From assembly GCA_902806055.1 (NCBI GenBank), contig CADCVD010000154.1, positions 2,914-66,913 on the forward strand: a DNA stretch of 64,000 bases. The letters are read 5' to 3'. The notes under the pieces are model-generated. The model worked only from the letters and a program-made list of their open reading frames with translations. It made no database searches and was not told the DNA's origin. Both the position numbers and the translations under genes were made by a program. Source of the stretch: an uncultured Rubrobacteraceae bacterium (GTDB taxonomy: Bacteria; Actinomycetota; Rubrobacteria; Rubrobacterales; Rubrobacteraceae). Shown piece by piece: positions 19,483 through 33,192 of the stretch. Every line of letters starts with the position of its first letter. The first letter of the stretch is position 1.

Positions 19483-21027
19483 TTGGCGACGAAGCGGGTG
19501 GCGGTTATCGGGGCCGGGATAGGCGGGCTCGCCGCCGCCATACGACTCAGAATCGCCGGCTTTGAGGTCCAGGTGTTCGAGAAGAACGAAAGAGCAGGCG
19601 GACGCGTCAACCGCCTGCGCGAGGAGGGGTTCACCTTCGATACCGGCCCGACCTTGCTCCTCATGACCGACGTGTACCGCGACCTCTTCGCCGCCGCGGG
19701 GAGAGACCTCGACGAAGAACTCGACCTAATACATCTCGACCCCAACTACCGGGTTCACTTCGGGGACGGCGACTCCATGAAGGTCTCCTCCAACCTCCCG
19801 GCCCTGATCCCCGAGCTCGAACGCATCGAACCCGGCGTCACCCCCCGCTTCTACCGCTTTATGGAGGACGCCTGCCACAAGTACCGTCTGGGGCGCAGCG
19901 AGTTCGTCGAGCGCGACTTCGAGAAGGCCCGCGACTTCTTCGGCCCCCGCAACCTCAAGCTCCTCCTCAAGACGAACGCCGTAGGCAACTACTACCGCTC
20001 CGTCTCGAAATACTTCAAGACGGACAAGCTGCGCCAGACGTTCTCGTTCCAGACCATGTATCTCGGGCTCTCGCCGTTCGAGGCGCCGGCGGTCTACGCC
20101 CTTCTCCCCTATACCGAGCTCGCCGAGGACGGCCTGTGGTTCCCGCGCGGCGGCATGTACGAGCTAGTAGAAGCTATGGTCAGGCTCGCCCGCGACCTCG
20201 GGGTGGAGATCCACCTGAACAGCCCCGTCGAGGAGATAACGAGCTTCGGGGGGAAGGCGCGCGGGGTGCGCGTGAACGGCGAGGAAGTCTGGGCCGACGC
20301 GGTGCTCGCGAACGCGGACCTGCCCTACGTGTATCGGAGGCTCCTGCCGCGTTCGGCCGGAGAGGGAGACTTCAAGTGGAGGCTACGTAAGCGGGAGAAG
20401 CTGCTCTACACGGCCTCCTCGTTCATGCTCTACCTGGGGCTGGACAAGAAGCTCGACCATGCTTCGCACCACAACGTCTACCTCTCGACCCGCTACAGGG
20501 AGAACTTCGCCCAGATCTTCGCCGAGCGCCGCCTCCCCGACGACCCGTCCTTCTACACGAACGTACCCTCCCGCACCGACCCGAATGCCGCCCCGGCCGG
20601 GATGGAGTCGCTCTACGTCCTCGTCCCCACGCCTCACCTCAACGAGAACGTGGACTGGGAGCGTGAGGGACCTCGTTTCAAGGAGCGTATCTACGACCTG
20701 CTGGAGGAAAGGGCCGGAATCGAGGACGTCCGCCGCCACGTCGTCTACGAGAAGGTCAAGACGCCCCAGGACTGGCTCTCGGAATACAACCTCGAAGAAG
20801 GGGCAGCGTTCGGGATCGGTCACGGCATCTTCCAGGTCGGCTACTTCCGGCCGCCGCTTGCCTCGAAGGCGGTACGGGGCGTGTACTTCGTGGGCGCGAG
20901 CACCCGCCCCGGCACCGGCGTACCGCTGGTCACCATCGGGGCGAAGCTCGCGGCGGAGCGCATCGGACGGGACCTCGGGGTGCAGCCCCTCGCCTCCCCC
21001 AAGACCGTGACCGGGGTCGGCAAGTAG
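19483..21027 (+). CDS. crtI: Phytoene desaturase
   Basis: VIGAGIGGLAAA, GFTFDTGPT, WFPRGGM, GASTRPGTGVP. Confidence 0.92.
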   Translation: MATKRVAVIGAGIGGLAAAIRLRIAGFEVQVFEKNERAGGRVNRLREEGFTFDTGPTLLLMTDVYRDLFAAAGRDLDEELDLIHLDPNYRVHFGDGDSMKVSSNLPALIPELERIEPGVTPRFYRFMEDACHKYRLGRSEFVERDFEKARDFFGPRNLKLLLKTNAVGNYYRSVSKYFKTDKLRQTFSFQTMYLGLSPFEAPAVYALLPYTELAEDGLWFPRGGMYELVEAMVRLARDLGVEIHLNSPVEEITSFGGKARGVRVNGEEVWADAVLANADLPYVYRRLLPRSAGEGDFKWRLRKREKLLYTASSFMLYLGLDKKLDHASHHNVYLSTRYRENFAQIFAERRLPDDPSFYTNVPSRTDPNAAPAGMESLYVLVPTPHLNENVDWEREGPRFKERIYDLLEERAGIEDVRRHVVYEKVKTPQDWLSEYNLEEGAAFGIGHGIFQVGYFRPPLASKAVRGVYFVGASTRPGTGVPLVTIGAKLAAERIGRDLGVQPLASPKTVTGVGK

Positions 21028-21986
21028 TGCGCCTCGACCCGGTCCGCGGAGGTCCGCTCGCCGACAACAGCCTCGCTCTACCAGAGTGCTACGAGCTGTG
21101 TCGTAGAATCCACAAGGGGCACAGCAGGACCTACTACTTCTCGACGAGCCTCTTCCCGAAGGAGATCCGGCCGCGCGTACACGCGCTCTACGCCTTCATG
21201 CGCTATGCCGACGAGCTCGTGGACAACCCAGGCGTTACGACCTTGGACCAGCAACTCGCCAACCTGGAGGCCTTCGAGAAGGAGACTCTATCGGCGATGG
21301 CCGGGAGAGCGGTCCCGAACCCGGTTCTGCGGGCCTTCGGACACACGACGATGCTGTGCGGCATCGATGCGGGCCTCATGAAGGCGTTCATGAAAAGCAT
21401 GAAGATGGATACTCACGTCTTCCGCTACCCGGCCTACGACGACCTGCAAGAGTATGTCTACGGGAGCGCCGCCGTCGTAGGGTTGATGATGTGCCGGGTG
21501 GTCGGCGTGCGGAGCGAAGAAGCAACTCCGCATGCCGAGGCCCTGGGCGTCGCCATGCAGTTGACGAACTTCCTTCGGGACATAAAGGAGGATTGGGCGC
21601 GGGGACGTGTGTATCTGCCGCTCGAAGACCTCGACCATTTCGGGTATTCCGAGGAGGAGTTGGGGCGGGGGGTCGTGGACGAGCGATTCGTTGCGCTCAT
21701 GCGGTTCGAGGTCGCGCGGGCGCGAAAGCTCTACCGGACGGCTGACGCGGGGATGCGTTACATACCTAGGGGCCGCAGGTATCCGGTCGTCGTAGCACGG
21801 CGCCTGTATGAGGCGATACTAGATCGCATCGAGGCACAGGGCTACGACGTCTTCGCGAGAAGGGCGGAGACGTCCCTCTCTTACAAGCTCCGGGTGGCGG
21901 CGGCATGCGCCTGGGGGAATCCGGAGGAGTTTTCAGCCCGGCTTATGCTTAGCAAGCCTGGACGCCTCGGGCTACCCTCTCGATAG
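21027..21986 (+). CDS. crtB: Phytoene synthase
   Basis: LYAFMRYADELVD, LGVAMQLTNFLRDIKED..RGRVYLP; coupled to crtI. Confidence 0.93.
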   Translation: MRLDPVRGGPLADNSLALPECYELCRRIHKGHSRTYYFSTSLFPKEIRPRVHALYAFMRYADELVDNPGVTTLDQQLANLEAFEKETLSAMAGRAVPNPVLRAFGHTTMLCGIDAGLMKAFMKSMKMDTHVFRYPAYDDLQEYVYGSAAVVGLMMCRVVGVRSEEATPHAEALGVAMQLTNFLRDIKEDWARGRVYLPLEDLDHFGYSEEELGRGVVDERFVALMRFEVARARKLYRTADAGMRYIPRGRRYPVVVARRLYEAILDRIEAQGYDVFARRAETSLSYKLRVAAACAWGNPEEFSARLMLSKPGRLGLPSR

Positions 21987-22031
21987 TATTGTATAATTTT
22001 TGGGTTGCTTCAGGAGATACTCTGAGCAACG

Positions 22032-22153
22032 CTCATCGAGAGCGGTGGAGGGACGGGCCCTGTGAAGCCGCGGCGACCGAGGGCTCGAAGGACTGAAAGC
22101 CCGGAGGGCTGTGGCAGGTGCCAACTCCCGCGGAGGGGACTCCGAGAGATGAG
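22032..22153 (+). ncRNA. SAM-I (S-box) riboswitch
   Basis: CUCAUC-GAGAG-CGGUGGAGGGACGGGCCCUGUGAAGCCG...GGCGACC...GGUGCCAACUCC...GAUGAG upstream of methionine genes; TATAAT at 21992; downstream AAACCUC can pair with SD GAGGUUU. Confidence 0.93.
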
Positions 22154-22225
22154 GTGAGGCTTATCTTCAAACCTCTCTCTCCCCTGGCCCGGGTGAGACT
22201 TGCATACTAAAGGGAGGTTTGTTTC

Positions 22226-24079
22226 TTGCTGGATCTTAGGGAGAAGTTCGGCGATCGCCTGCTCGTTGGCGACGGCGCCGTGGGCACGCTCCTCGGCGAC
22301 CGCGGTATCGCCAAGCCGCATACCAAGGCTAACCTTACGCATCCTCAGATCATCCGAGAGTTGCACGAAGAGTACCTGCGTGCCGGCTCTAGCGTAATCG
22401 AGACCAATACCTTTGCGGCCAACCGTCTCAAGCTCGCCGCCCACGGGCTCGAAGAGAAGGTGCGGGAGATCAATGTCGAAGGCGCTCGTTTGGCCCTCGA
22501 AGCGACGAAGGCCGTGACGGGCAGCAACGGCGGTAAGGCGCTCGTGATGGGCTCCATCGGACCTCTCGGTAAGCCTCTCGCCCCGATAGGCTTTATAGAG
22601 CCCGGCGAGGCAAAGGACATCTTCGCCGAGCAGGCCGAGGCGCTGCTCGAAGGCGGAGCCGAAGCCCTAATCCTTGAGACGTTTACGGACCTCGAAGAGT
22701 TGAAGATCGCATACGAGGCTGTGGCTCCCTTCGGGGCTCCGGTGCTCGCATACAAGACCTTCATCGAAGACGGAGAGCAGTTAGCCGAGGGACTGCCGAC
22801 ACGAGTAGCGCGAGAGATCTCCTCCTGGGGGTCAGAGGGTTCGGGGCCGGTAGTAGTCGGGACAAACTGCACGGTCGGTCCTCAGCGGATGCTAGAGATA
22901 GTCGAGCAGATGTCCGCCGAGGCCGGGCCGGTGGCCGCCTACCCTAATCCCGGTCTCCCCCAGTTCATCCACGGCACAATTCGCTACAACCAGGACGTGA
23001 GCCACTTCGCCGAGTACGGCGTGAAGCTAGCTCACGCCGGCGCCCGCCTAATCGGCGGCTGCTGCGGTACGACGCCGGCGCACGTTAGAGCCCTCGCCGA
23101 TGCGCTAAGGGACTTCGAGCCGAATGGCGGCGTCGCCCGGCGAGCGGCCACGGCGACCGTCGAGAGGGTAGAGAAGCAGGCCACCGAGCCTGTAACGAAG
23201 TTCGCCGAAAAGATCCGGGAAGGCTTCGCCGTCACGGTTGAGGTGGACCTGCCGCGCGGCCACGACATCTCCGAGGTAATAGAGGCGGCGCGTGACCTGA
23301 AGGAGCGCGGGGTCCACGCGATAGACATCTCCGACGGCGCACGCGCACGCCTCAGGATGCACCCGATAGCGGTAGCGAAGACGGTGCAGGATCAGGTCGG
23401 GATAGAGGTCGTCACCCACATCTCGTGCCGCGACCGGAACATCATCGGGCTGCAGTCGGACCTCTTGGGCGCCGCGGCTCTCGGGGTGAAGAACATACTC
23501 GCGATCACGGGCGACCCTCCCCAGATCGGGGACTTCCCCGAGGCCACGGGCGTCTTCGATACGGGCGCAGTCGGCCTCGTCCACATCCTGGGTAGGTTCA
23601 ACCAGGGTGAGGACCTGGCGGGCAACCCCATCGGCGAGCCGCCTGGTTTCCTCATAGGCGCGGCCTTCAACCCGACCGCCGAGGACTTAGACGCCGAGGT
23701 CGAGAAGCTCAGGCAGAAGGTCGAGGCCGGAGCGCATGCCTACTGGACGCAGCCGGTCTTCGAGATAAGCGCTCTGGAGAGGGCGCTCGACAAGCTGGCG
23801 GCGGAGGACATGGACGTAGCGCTCCTGTTGGGCCTGATGCCGCTGCGTAGCGGCCGACAGGCGCAGTTCCTCCACCACGAGGTACCCGGTATAGATATTC
23901 CGGAGCACGTCCGGGAGAAGCTCGCCTCACTGGACAACGACGACGCCCCGAAGTACGGTGTCGAGGTCGCCCAGAAGCTGCTCGTCGAGGCGAAGCCTCT
24001 AGTCAACGGCGCCTATCTGATGCCCCCCGCCTCGATGCCGCATCTGGCCGGGGACGTGGTCGAAGCGGTCAGCTATTAG
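22226..24079 (+). CDS. Bifunctional homocysteine S-methyltransferase / methylenetetrahydrofolate reductase (YitJ-like)
   Basis: [23 protein letters not shown], then MTHFR HISCRDRN, ITGDPP, TQPVF. Confidence 0.92.
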   Translation: MLDLREKFGDRLLVGDGAVGTLLGDRGIAKPHTKANLTHPQIIRELHEEYLRAGSSVIETNTFAANRLKLAAHGLEEKVREINVEGARLALEATKAVTGSNGGKALVMGSIGPLGKPLAPIGFIEPGEAKDIFAEQAEALLEGGAEALILETFTDLEELKIAYEAVAPFGAPVLAYKTFIEDGEQLAEGLPTRVAREISSWGSEGSGPVVVGTNCTVGPQRMLEIVEQMSAEAGPVAAYPNPGLPQFIHGTIRYNQDVSHFAEYGVKLAHAGARLIGGCCGTTPAHVRALADALRDFEPNGGVARRAATATVERVEKQATEPVTKFAEKIREGFAVTVEVDLPRGHDISEVIEAARDLKERGVHAIDISDGARARLRMHPIAVAKTVQDQVGIEVVTHISCRDRNIIGLQSDLLGAAALGVKNILAITGDPPQIGDFPEATGVFDTGAVGLVHILGRFNQGEDLAGNPIGEPPGFLIGAAFNPTAEDLDAEVEKLRQKVEAGAHAYWTQPVFEISALERALDKLAAEDMDVALLLGLMPLRSGRQAQFLHHEVPGIDIPEHVREKLASLDNDDAPKYGVEVAQKLLVEAKPLVNGAYLMPPASMPHLAGDVVEAVSY

Positions 24080-24129
24080 CTCTCAGCTAGACCAAAAAGC
24101 GAATAGCTAAAAGATACAAGGAAGGAATC

Positions 24130-27909
<3,780 letters not shown>

Positions 27910-27951
27910 AACTAAAGTCCTTACAACGCCGGAGGGTCAGACGTCACCGAA

Positions 27952-27989
27952 GCCCAAGCTCACGCCTCTCCTTTCGGCGGGGCTTGGGC
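27952..27989. terminator. Hairpin between convergent metH and marR
   Basis: GCCCAAGCT...GGCTTGGGC stem. Confidence 0.45.
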
Positions 27990-28024
27990 GTTACAACCGC
28001 CTAAAACAAGCCCTACTTCATACG

Positions 28025-28477
28025 TTAACGACCGCCGGGCGTCCCTGCATGCCGGTGCGTCGCCTCCGTAGCCGCCGATAAGAAGCGGGCGATGATCTCC
28101 CGCTCCTCTTTCGAGAAGCGTCCCTCAATGCTTTTCATCTCCTCGATGTACGGCCACAGGTGCTTGAGTGAATCCTTGAGCCCCGCCTCGGTCTCGCGCA
28201 CGAGCGCGCTCCTGCGGTCCTTCGGGTTCGGGAGGCGCTCCACATAGCCCTTCTTCTCCAGACGGTCTACAAGCGCCGTGAGGGCTCCAGGACTCATAGA
28301 TAACCTCTCTCCTAAACTTCCCAGCGTCATAGGCCCCGCAGCCTGCAAATGCTCCAGCGCGGACAACTCGGAGGCTTCGAGACCCATGCGCTTGGCGGTC
28401 GCCGCCGCGTGACGTATTACGGCCGAGGAGTGCTCGCGGACCAAATTGGCTAGATTTTCTTCTCCCACTGTTGACAC
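28025..28477 (-). CDS. MarR family transcriptional regulator
   Basis: LTALVDRLEKKGYVER.PNPKDRRS. Confidence 0.92.
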   Translation of the reverse strand: MSTVGEENLANLVREHSSAVIRHAAATAKRMGLEASELSALEHLQAAGPMTLGSLGERLSMSPGALTALVDRLEKKGYVERLPNPKDRRSALVRETEAGLKDSLKHLWPYIEEMKSIEGRFSKEEREIIARFLSAATEATHRHAGTPGGR

Positions 28478-28520
28478 CCGTTTATTTCGATGTTAAAAAT
28501 ACTTTACAGTAAAAATAGTG
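28472..28520. promoter_or_regulatory. Divergent promoter with probable MarR operator
   Basis: TTGACA at 28472; AT-rich tract with palindrome TTTAC-A-GTAAA 28503-28513. Confidence 0.55.
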
Positions 28521-28538
28521 TACCAGAAAGGGGTACCT

Positions 28539-29360
28539 ATGGGCAACGTCGACAGGTGGGACCTTGCGCGTCAATCGGCGAACGTGGTCGGGGCGCTCTT
28601 CCAGGTAGGGGTGACGTTTGCGGCAAGCGCGGCTATTCGGGAAGTCACCGACGAGGGCTCGGGTTCGCTGGTCGAGCCGGCCCTGTACGCGTTCGCTATA
28701 TGGGCTTTGATCTTCGCGTTGTCCTTGGCCTATGCCGCATACTAGGCGCTGCCCTCCAATCGGGAGAACACCTTGTTGCGGAGAATCGGCTGGTTTACCG
28801 CAGGCGCTTTCTTCTGCACAGGGTTGTGGTCGGTCTTCGTCCCGGAACGGCAGCTCGTCCTCGCGCAGTTGATGCTAGTAGTTATCTTCGTTTGTCTGGC
28901 CGTCGCCTTCCTGCGCTTCGCGCGCGCGGAGCGAGGCGTTCTTAGTGCGGCCGATCGCTGGTTCGTCGCCCTACCGCTAGGGTCGTTCCTCGGGTGGATC
29001 ACGGCGGCCAACGCCGTCAGCCTGACCTCGGAGGCCGTGCGCCTGGGGCTGGTAAACGGCGGAGGCGCTAGTGAGGCTCTTTTAGGCTCTACCCTGCTCC
29101 TGCTTGGAGGAGTACTCGCCGCCGCAGTGATACTGGCGGGCAAGTCAGGACCCGTACAGGGATATCTAACGTATGCGGCTACCGTGCTGTGGGCGCTCGT
29201 CGGGGTGGTCGTGAACAAGTACGACGCCTCGATCCTGACTACGGCCGCGGCGTTGGTCGCCGCCGTGCCCGTGGTGTTAGCTCTGCTCGGACGGCTCCCA
29301 GGCGATTGGTCACGCCAGGGTAACGACGACACGGCTGCTCGTACCGATGTCGCCGCTTGA
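28539..29360 (+). pseudogene. TspO-related membrane protein with one in-frame TAG (28743-28745)
   Basis: Two same-frame ORFs join: AYAAY*ALPSNRENTLLRRIGWF, versus paralog AYAAYQALPANRDNLLLRRVGWF. Confidence 0.8.
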
Positions 29361-29413
29361 AGTTCTCTCCGGCGCGGCCGGAAGCTAGCTGTCGAAAGAA
29401 GGAGATCAAGAGT

Positions 29414-29965
29414 ATGAAACAAGGGCGGATAAGTAAGGCGTTCGACGAGGCATTCCGGCCCGAGCGGTACCGCTGGTATCACGCGTTGGGCTTTGGGTTG
29501 ACCGTCAATCTGGCCTCGGGTCTGTCGGGACGTCGCACGGAGGACCGGCGTTTCTACGAGAGCTTCGAGCAGGCGTCCTTCGCGCCGCCCTCATGGGCCT
29601 TTGCTCCGGTCTGGGTGGCGAACAACGCGAGTACGTTGTGGGGGAACCTGAGACTTCTCAATCAGCCAGAGGCTGCCCCCAACCGACGAGTTTTGCTGTG
29701 GCTGCAAGGAGCGAGTTGGGTTTTATTCTCGACGTTCAGCTATGTCTACTTCCGCAAGAGAAGCCCGATACTCGCTTTCGTATGGACGGCGGCCATGTGG
29801 CTCCTGACGATAGCCAGCGTACTTCTGAGCCTGAAGAACGACCGGAAGATCGCCCTCTCTCTGAGCTCGCTCCTCGCATGGCTGACGCTCGCGACACCGG
29901 TCGCAGCCTACCAGGCCGTCCGCAACCCCGATGAGCTATTGGGTTACCAGCCGCAGAGAAGGTAG
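29414..29965 (+). CDS. TspO/MBR family tryptophan-rich sensory protein
   Basis: FY..F.Q.SFAPPSWAFAPVW, LAWLTLAT; SD AAGGAG. Confidence 0.85.
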   Translation: MKQGRISKAFDEAFRPERYRWYHALGFGLTVNLASGLSGRRTEDRRFYESFEQASFAPPSWAFAPVWVANNASTLWGNLRLLNQPEAAPNRRVLLWLQGASWVLFSTFSYVYFRKRSPILAFVWTAAMWLLTIASVLLSLKNDRKIALSLSSLLAWLTLATPVAAYQAVRNPDELLGYQPQRR

Positions 29966-30049
29966 ATACGAAGAGCCGCAGCGACAAAACCTGTTCGAAC
30001 TTGGGCAGTGAATGCGTTTTCGGACCCGACCAACGTACAGGAGGAATAG

Positions 30050-30865
30050 ATGGACGACAAAAATAGGCAAGACGTGGCGCGCCAGGCGGCGAACGTCTTC
30101 GGGGCGTTCTTTCAGATCGGGGCGCCGGTCCTGACGAGCGAGGCGGTAGGGCGGGTCTCCGCCGAAAACAGCACGCTGGTGGTCCCCGCCAACTACGCGT
30201 TCACGATATGGGGTCCCATCTTCCTGCTCTGCCTGGCCTACGCCGCTTACCAGGCGCTACCAGCCAACCGGGACAACCTGCTGCTGCGGCGCGTCGGATG
30301 GTTTTCGGCCGGAGCGTTCATCTCTAACGGCCTGTGGGAGATTCTGTTCCCGGCGCGACAATTCATCCTGGCGCAGATAGTAATAGTGGGCATCTTCGCG
30401 TTCTCGGCCCTCGCCTACCTCCGCTTGGTTCGTACCATCCGCGAGCGCAGGCTCGACGGAGCAGAGCGCTGGCTGGTCGCTCTGCCGTTCGGTCTGCTGT
30501 TTGGCTGGATCACCGCCGCCACCCTGGTGGGCTTCGCGACGACCTTCGTCGCCCTCGGGCTACTTGGAGGGGGCACAGGCGAGGCCTTAATCGGTGCCGC
30601 CCTTCTACTGGCAGGCGGTTTGCTGGCCTCGGCAGTGCTCATGGCCGGTAGAGACGCGCCGCTGCACGGCTACCTGCCATACGCGGCAGCTGTCCTTTGG
30701 GCGCTGGTTGCGGTAGTCGTAAACCAGTACGATGCCTCGCTGTTCACGACCGGCGCCGCGCTGGTCGCCGTTGTGCCCGTGGCTCTGGCCCTGTTCAGGA
30801 ACCTGTCTAGTAACCGACCGCGCAGAAGAGAGAGCCGTACCCTCTCTTCCGACGCACCCGCATGA
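30050..30865 (+). CDS. TspO-related multi-TM membrane protein (intact paralog)
   Basis: VPANYAFTIWGPIF, GWITAAT, WALVAVVV; SD AGGAGG. Confidence 0.8.
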   Translation: MDDKNRQDVARQAANVFGAFFQIGAPVLTSEAVGRVSAENSTLVVPANYAFTIWGPIFLLCLAYAAYQALPANRDNLLLRRVGWFSAGAFISNGLWEILFPARQFILAQIVIVGIFAFSALAYLRLVRTIRERRLDGAERWLVALPFGLLFGWITAATLVGFATTFVALGLLGGGTGEALIGAALLLAGGLLASAVLMAGRDAPLHGYLPYAAAVLWALVAVVVNQYDASLFTTGAALVAVVPVALALFRNLSSNRPRRRESRTLSSDAPA

Positions 30866-31037
30866 AGTCGACGCCGGTGAGCGCAAAGGAGGCGCCGGGT
30901 CTCTTACCGGCGCCTCCGCCTCCATCGCAACTCCGATACTACACCTCTCGTGTCATCGAGCTTATGGATTATCTATTACGTGGGTCGCGGTCACGTGGGG
31001 CCCGTTCACTCGGGCGAAAACCTGTCTCGTTGGTCTT

Positions 31038-31787
31038 TCATCGCTCGTTGAGGCTGCCCTCTCTTTCGACCCGGAGCCGAGCGTCTGCACCAGGGATAAC
31101 GCGCCGGAGCAGTCGCTCAGTTCGCTCGAAGAACCGGGTTTGATCTAGCAGCGGGTTCCACACTCCTACGGTGATGCAGTAGTAGGTATCGTAAGGGCTT
31201 GCGTGATGGATGTCGTGGTGCTCTTCAGAGAGGATCAGGCCGCGTCTCTGCAACCAGACCGCGAAGGACGGGGGATCTTCCATGTGCGCCCACTTGTGAA
31301 ACTGGTTCGTCAGGAACACAGCGAGACTTACCAAGAGAAAGAACGCCCCGAAGAGATATCCGCCTACCGTTGTCTCGATAGGCACCACGAGCCACGCCAG
31401 CAGCATGAAGGGGAGGCTCACCAGGCTGTTGTTGCCGTTGGTGTCTACGAAGTCGTGGCGAGTGATGCCCTTGGGATCCACATGGTGATCGCGAAACCCG
31501 CTAATGAAGCCGGGTCCGATGATCGGCATCTCGGAAGATCCAAAATTGTCCGCCAGAAAGTGCACGAACCCGGAGATAAAGTCCGCCGCCAGGTACGCGA
31601 TGACTGCGATGACCGGCAGGAGCCACAGGTACCCAAAGGTCGCCATCCCCTGGTAGACCTCCGTGCCCACAAGTAGCGCGAGCATGAAGAAGGACACTAT
31701 CCCGAGGATCTCCAGGATGTAATGTCCTCTGCTGGTCTCTGCTATTGGCTGGCTTTCTGTCACCTGGTGTGGTGGTTGTTGGTCCAT
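31038..31787 (-). CDS. carF: CarF/TMEM189 (PEDS1)/FAD4-family lipid desaturase
   Basis: ADFISGFVHFLADNFGS, FRDHHVDPKGITRHDFVDTNG, NQFHKWAH, LILSEEHHDIHH, YCITVGVWN; SD AAGGAGGT. Confidence 0.9.
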   Translation of the reverse strand: MDQQPPHQVTESQPIAETSRGHYILEILGIVSFFMLALLVGTEVYQGMATFGYLWLLPVIAVIAYLAADFISGFVHFLADNFGSSEMPIIGPGFISGFRDHHVDPKGITRHDFVDTNGNNSLVSLPFMLLAWLVVPIETTVGGYLFGAFFLLVSLAVFLTNQFHKWAHMEDPPSFAVWLQRRGLILSEEHHDIHHASPYDTYYCITVGVWNPLLDQTRFFERTERLLRRVIPGADARLRVEREGSLNER

Positions 31788-32149
31788 AAATACCTCCTTC
31801 TTAAAGAAAATACGGACAACAAAGCGTTGTTGGATCAATGAGTAGATTGTTTTCATAGCCGCCTACCGCTCACAGGCAGGCCGTTGGGTCCGGAGTCACG
31901 TTCTCCGGTCGTCGGGCTTGCTATCGGTCACGCTCAGGACGCCCCTTTCCAGAGGTCACTCTTCAAGCCAGCTATGCCTACGACCTAGCGTACTTCTTTG
32001 AGAACGTCCAACGAGAAGGATTATCTACGCCACCTGAAAAAGAAGCATGAGCATCGCTGCCGGGCATCAACGTGGTCCTGGGCGCCCTGCTGGACCAAGA
32101 CGATCCGGACTGAGGCAGCTGTCGTCGCTCTCGGTACTGCACGGCAACC

Positions 32150-33103
32150 CTAGCGGAACTCCGGCAGAATCTCCTTCTCGTAAAGGTCGAAGAAGGTTTC
32201 GAAGTTACCCCCGACCTGCTGAACGTAGACTTCGTCGTAGCCCGCATCAGCGTACTGGCGGATCATCTCGCGGTGCGGCTCGGAGTCCGGCCCGCAGGGG
32301 ATCGCTTGGGCGACCATCTCCTCGGTGACCAGCTCGGCGGCCTGCTCGAAGTGTGCGGGCGTCGGCAAAACCATGCCGAGCTCGCCGGGGAGCGCTTCGT
32401 TGGGCCAGAGACGGTGGGCTGTCTCGCGGCACTCCGCCTCCTCCTCGCCGTAGCAGACTTTGAAAGCGCCGTGAGCCGGCTTGTCGCCGCCGCCCGAAGA
32501 GCGGAAGAGATTCAAGAGTTCGGCGTTCGGCGAGACGTTCACGTAGCCGTCGCCTACTCTCGCGGCGAGCCGGGTGGCTTTAGGACCAAAACCGGAGACC
32601 AGGATCGGGGGCGGCTCCTCGGGGAGCGTGTGGAGGCGGGCGTTCTCGACCACGTAATGCTTGCCTTCGTGATCCTGTGTGCCACCTTCCCACAGGCGAC
32701 GTATGACCTCTATAGCCTCCTCCAGCATCTCGAGGCGCACGTCGGTCGAGGGCCAGGGGTCACCGAAAATATGCTCGTTGAGCGCTTCGCCAGATCCCAC
32801 ACCAAACTCGAAGCGGCCCGGAAGCATCACCGCAGAGGTTGCGGCGGCCTGTGCCATGACGGCCGGGTGGATACGCATGGTCGGGCAGGTAACGGCGGTA
32901 ACGACCTTTACGTTACGGGTAACTTGGGAGAGGCCTCCGATCACGCTCCACACGAACGGGCTGTTCCCCTGCGCCTCGACCCAAGGATGGTAGTGGTCAG
33001 AGATCCACAACGCCTCAAAACCAGCCTCCTCGGCCATCCGGGCCTGCTCCAGTAACTCCCGCGGTCCCCACTCCTCGCACGATAGAAAGTAGCCGATCTT
33101 CAT
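32150..33103 (-). CDS. LLM class F420-dependent oxidoreductase (G6PDH-like)
   Basis: ISDHYHPW, SPFVWSVIG, TAVTCP, GVGSGEALNEH. Confidence 0.9.
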   Translation of the reverse strand: MKIGYFLSCEEWGPRELLEQARMAEEAGFEALWISDHYHPWVEAQGNSPFVWSVIGGLSQVTRNVKVVTAVTCPTMRIHPAVMAQAAATSAVMLPGRFEFGVGSGEALNEHIFGDPWPSTDVRLEMLEEAIEVIRRLWEGGTQDHEGKHYVVENARLHTLPEEPPPILVSGFGPKATRLAARVGDGYVNVSPNAELLNLFRSSGGGDKPAHGAFKVCYGEEEAECRETAHRLWPNEALPGELGMVLPTPAHFEQAAELVTEEMVAQAIPCGPDSEPHREMIRQYADAGYDEVYVQQVGGNFETFFDLYEKEILPEFR

Positions 33104-33192
33104 GCACACCTCCCAGTATACGGATTTCAATTCTGCTTGACGCCAGGACACCCTGGACGTAGAGGACAGAAATACCGATCAGATGGAGAGCT

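Noticed and set aside
24067-24115. Heptamer (nTCAGCT-like) repeats with an inverted counterpart between yitJ and metH
   Set aside because: Short and degenerate; a simple intergenic hairpin is sufficient explanation
28743-28745. Pyrrolysine/selenocysteine or genome-wide stop recoding
   Set aside because: TAG and TGA end many intact genes here, no pyl/sel genes are in the window, and the internal stops are single transitions from Gln/Trp codons
31860-32149. Coding-like fragments upstream of carF
   Set aside because: No start, internal stop, no recognisable family
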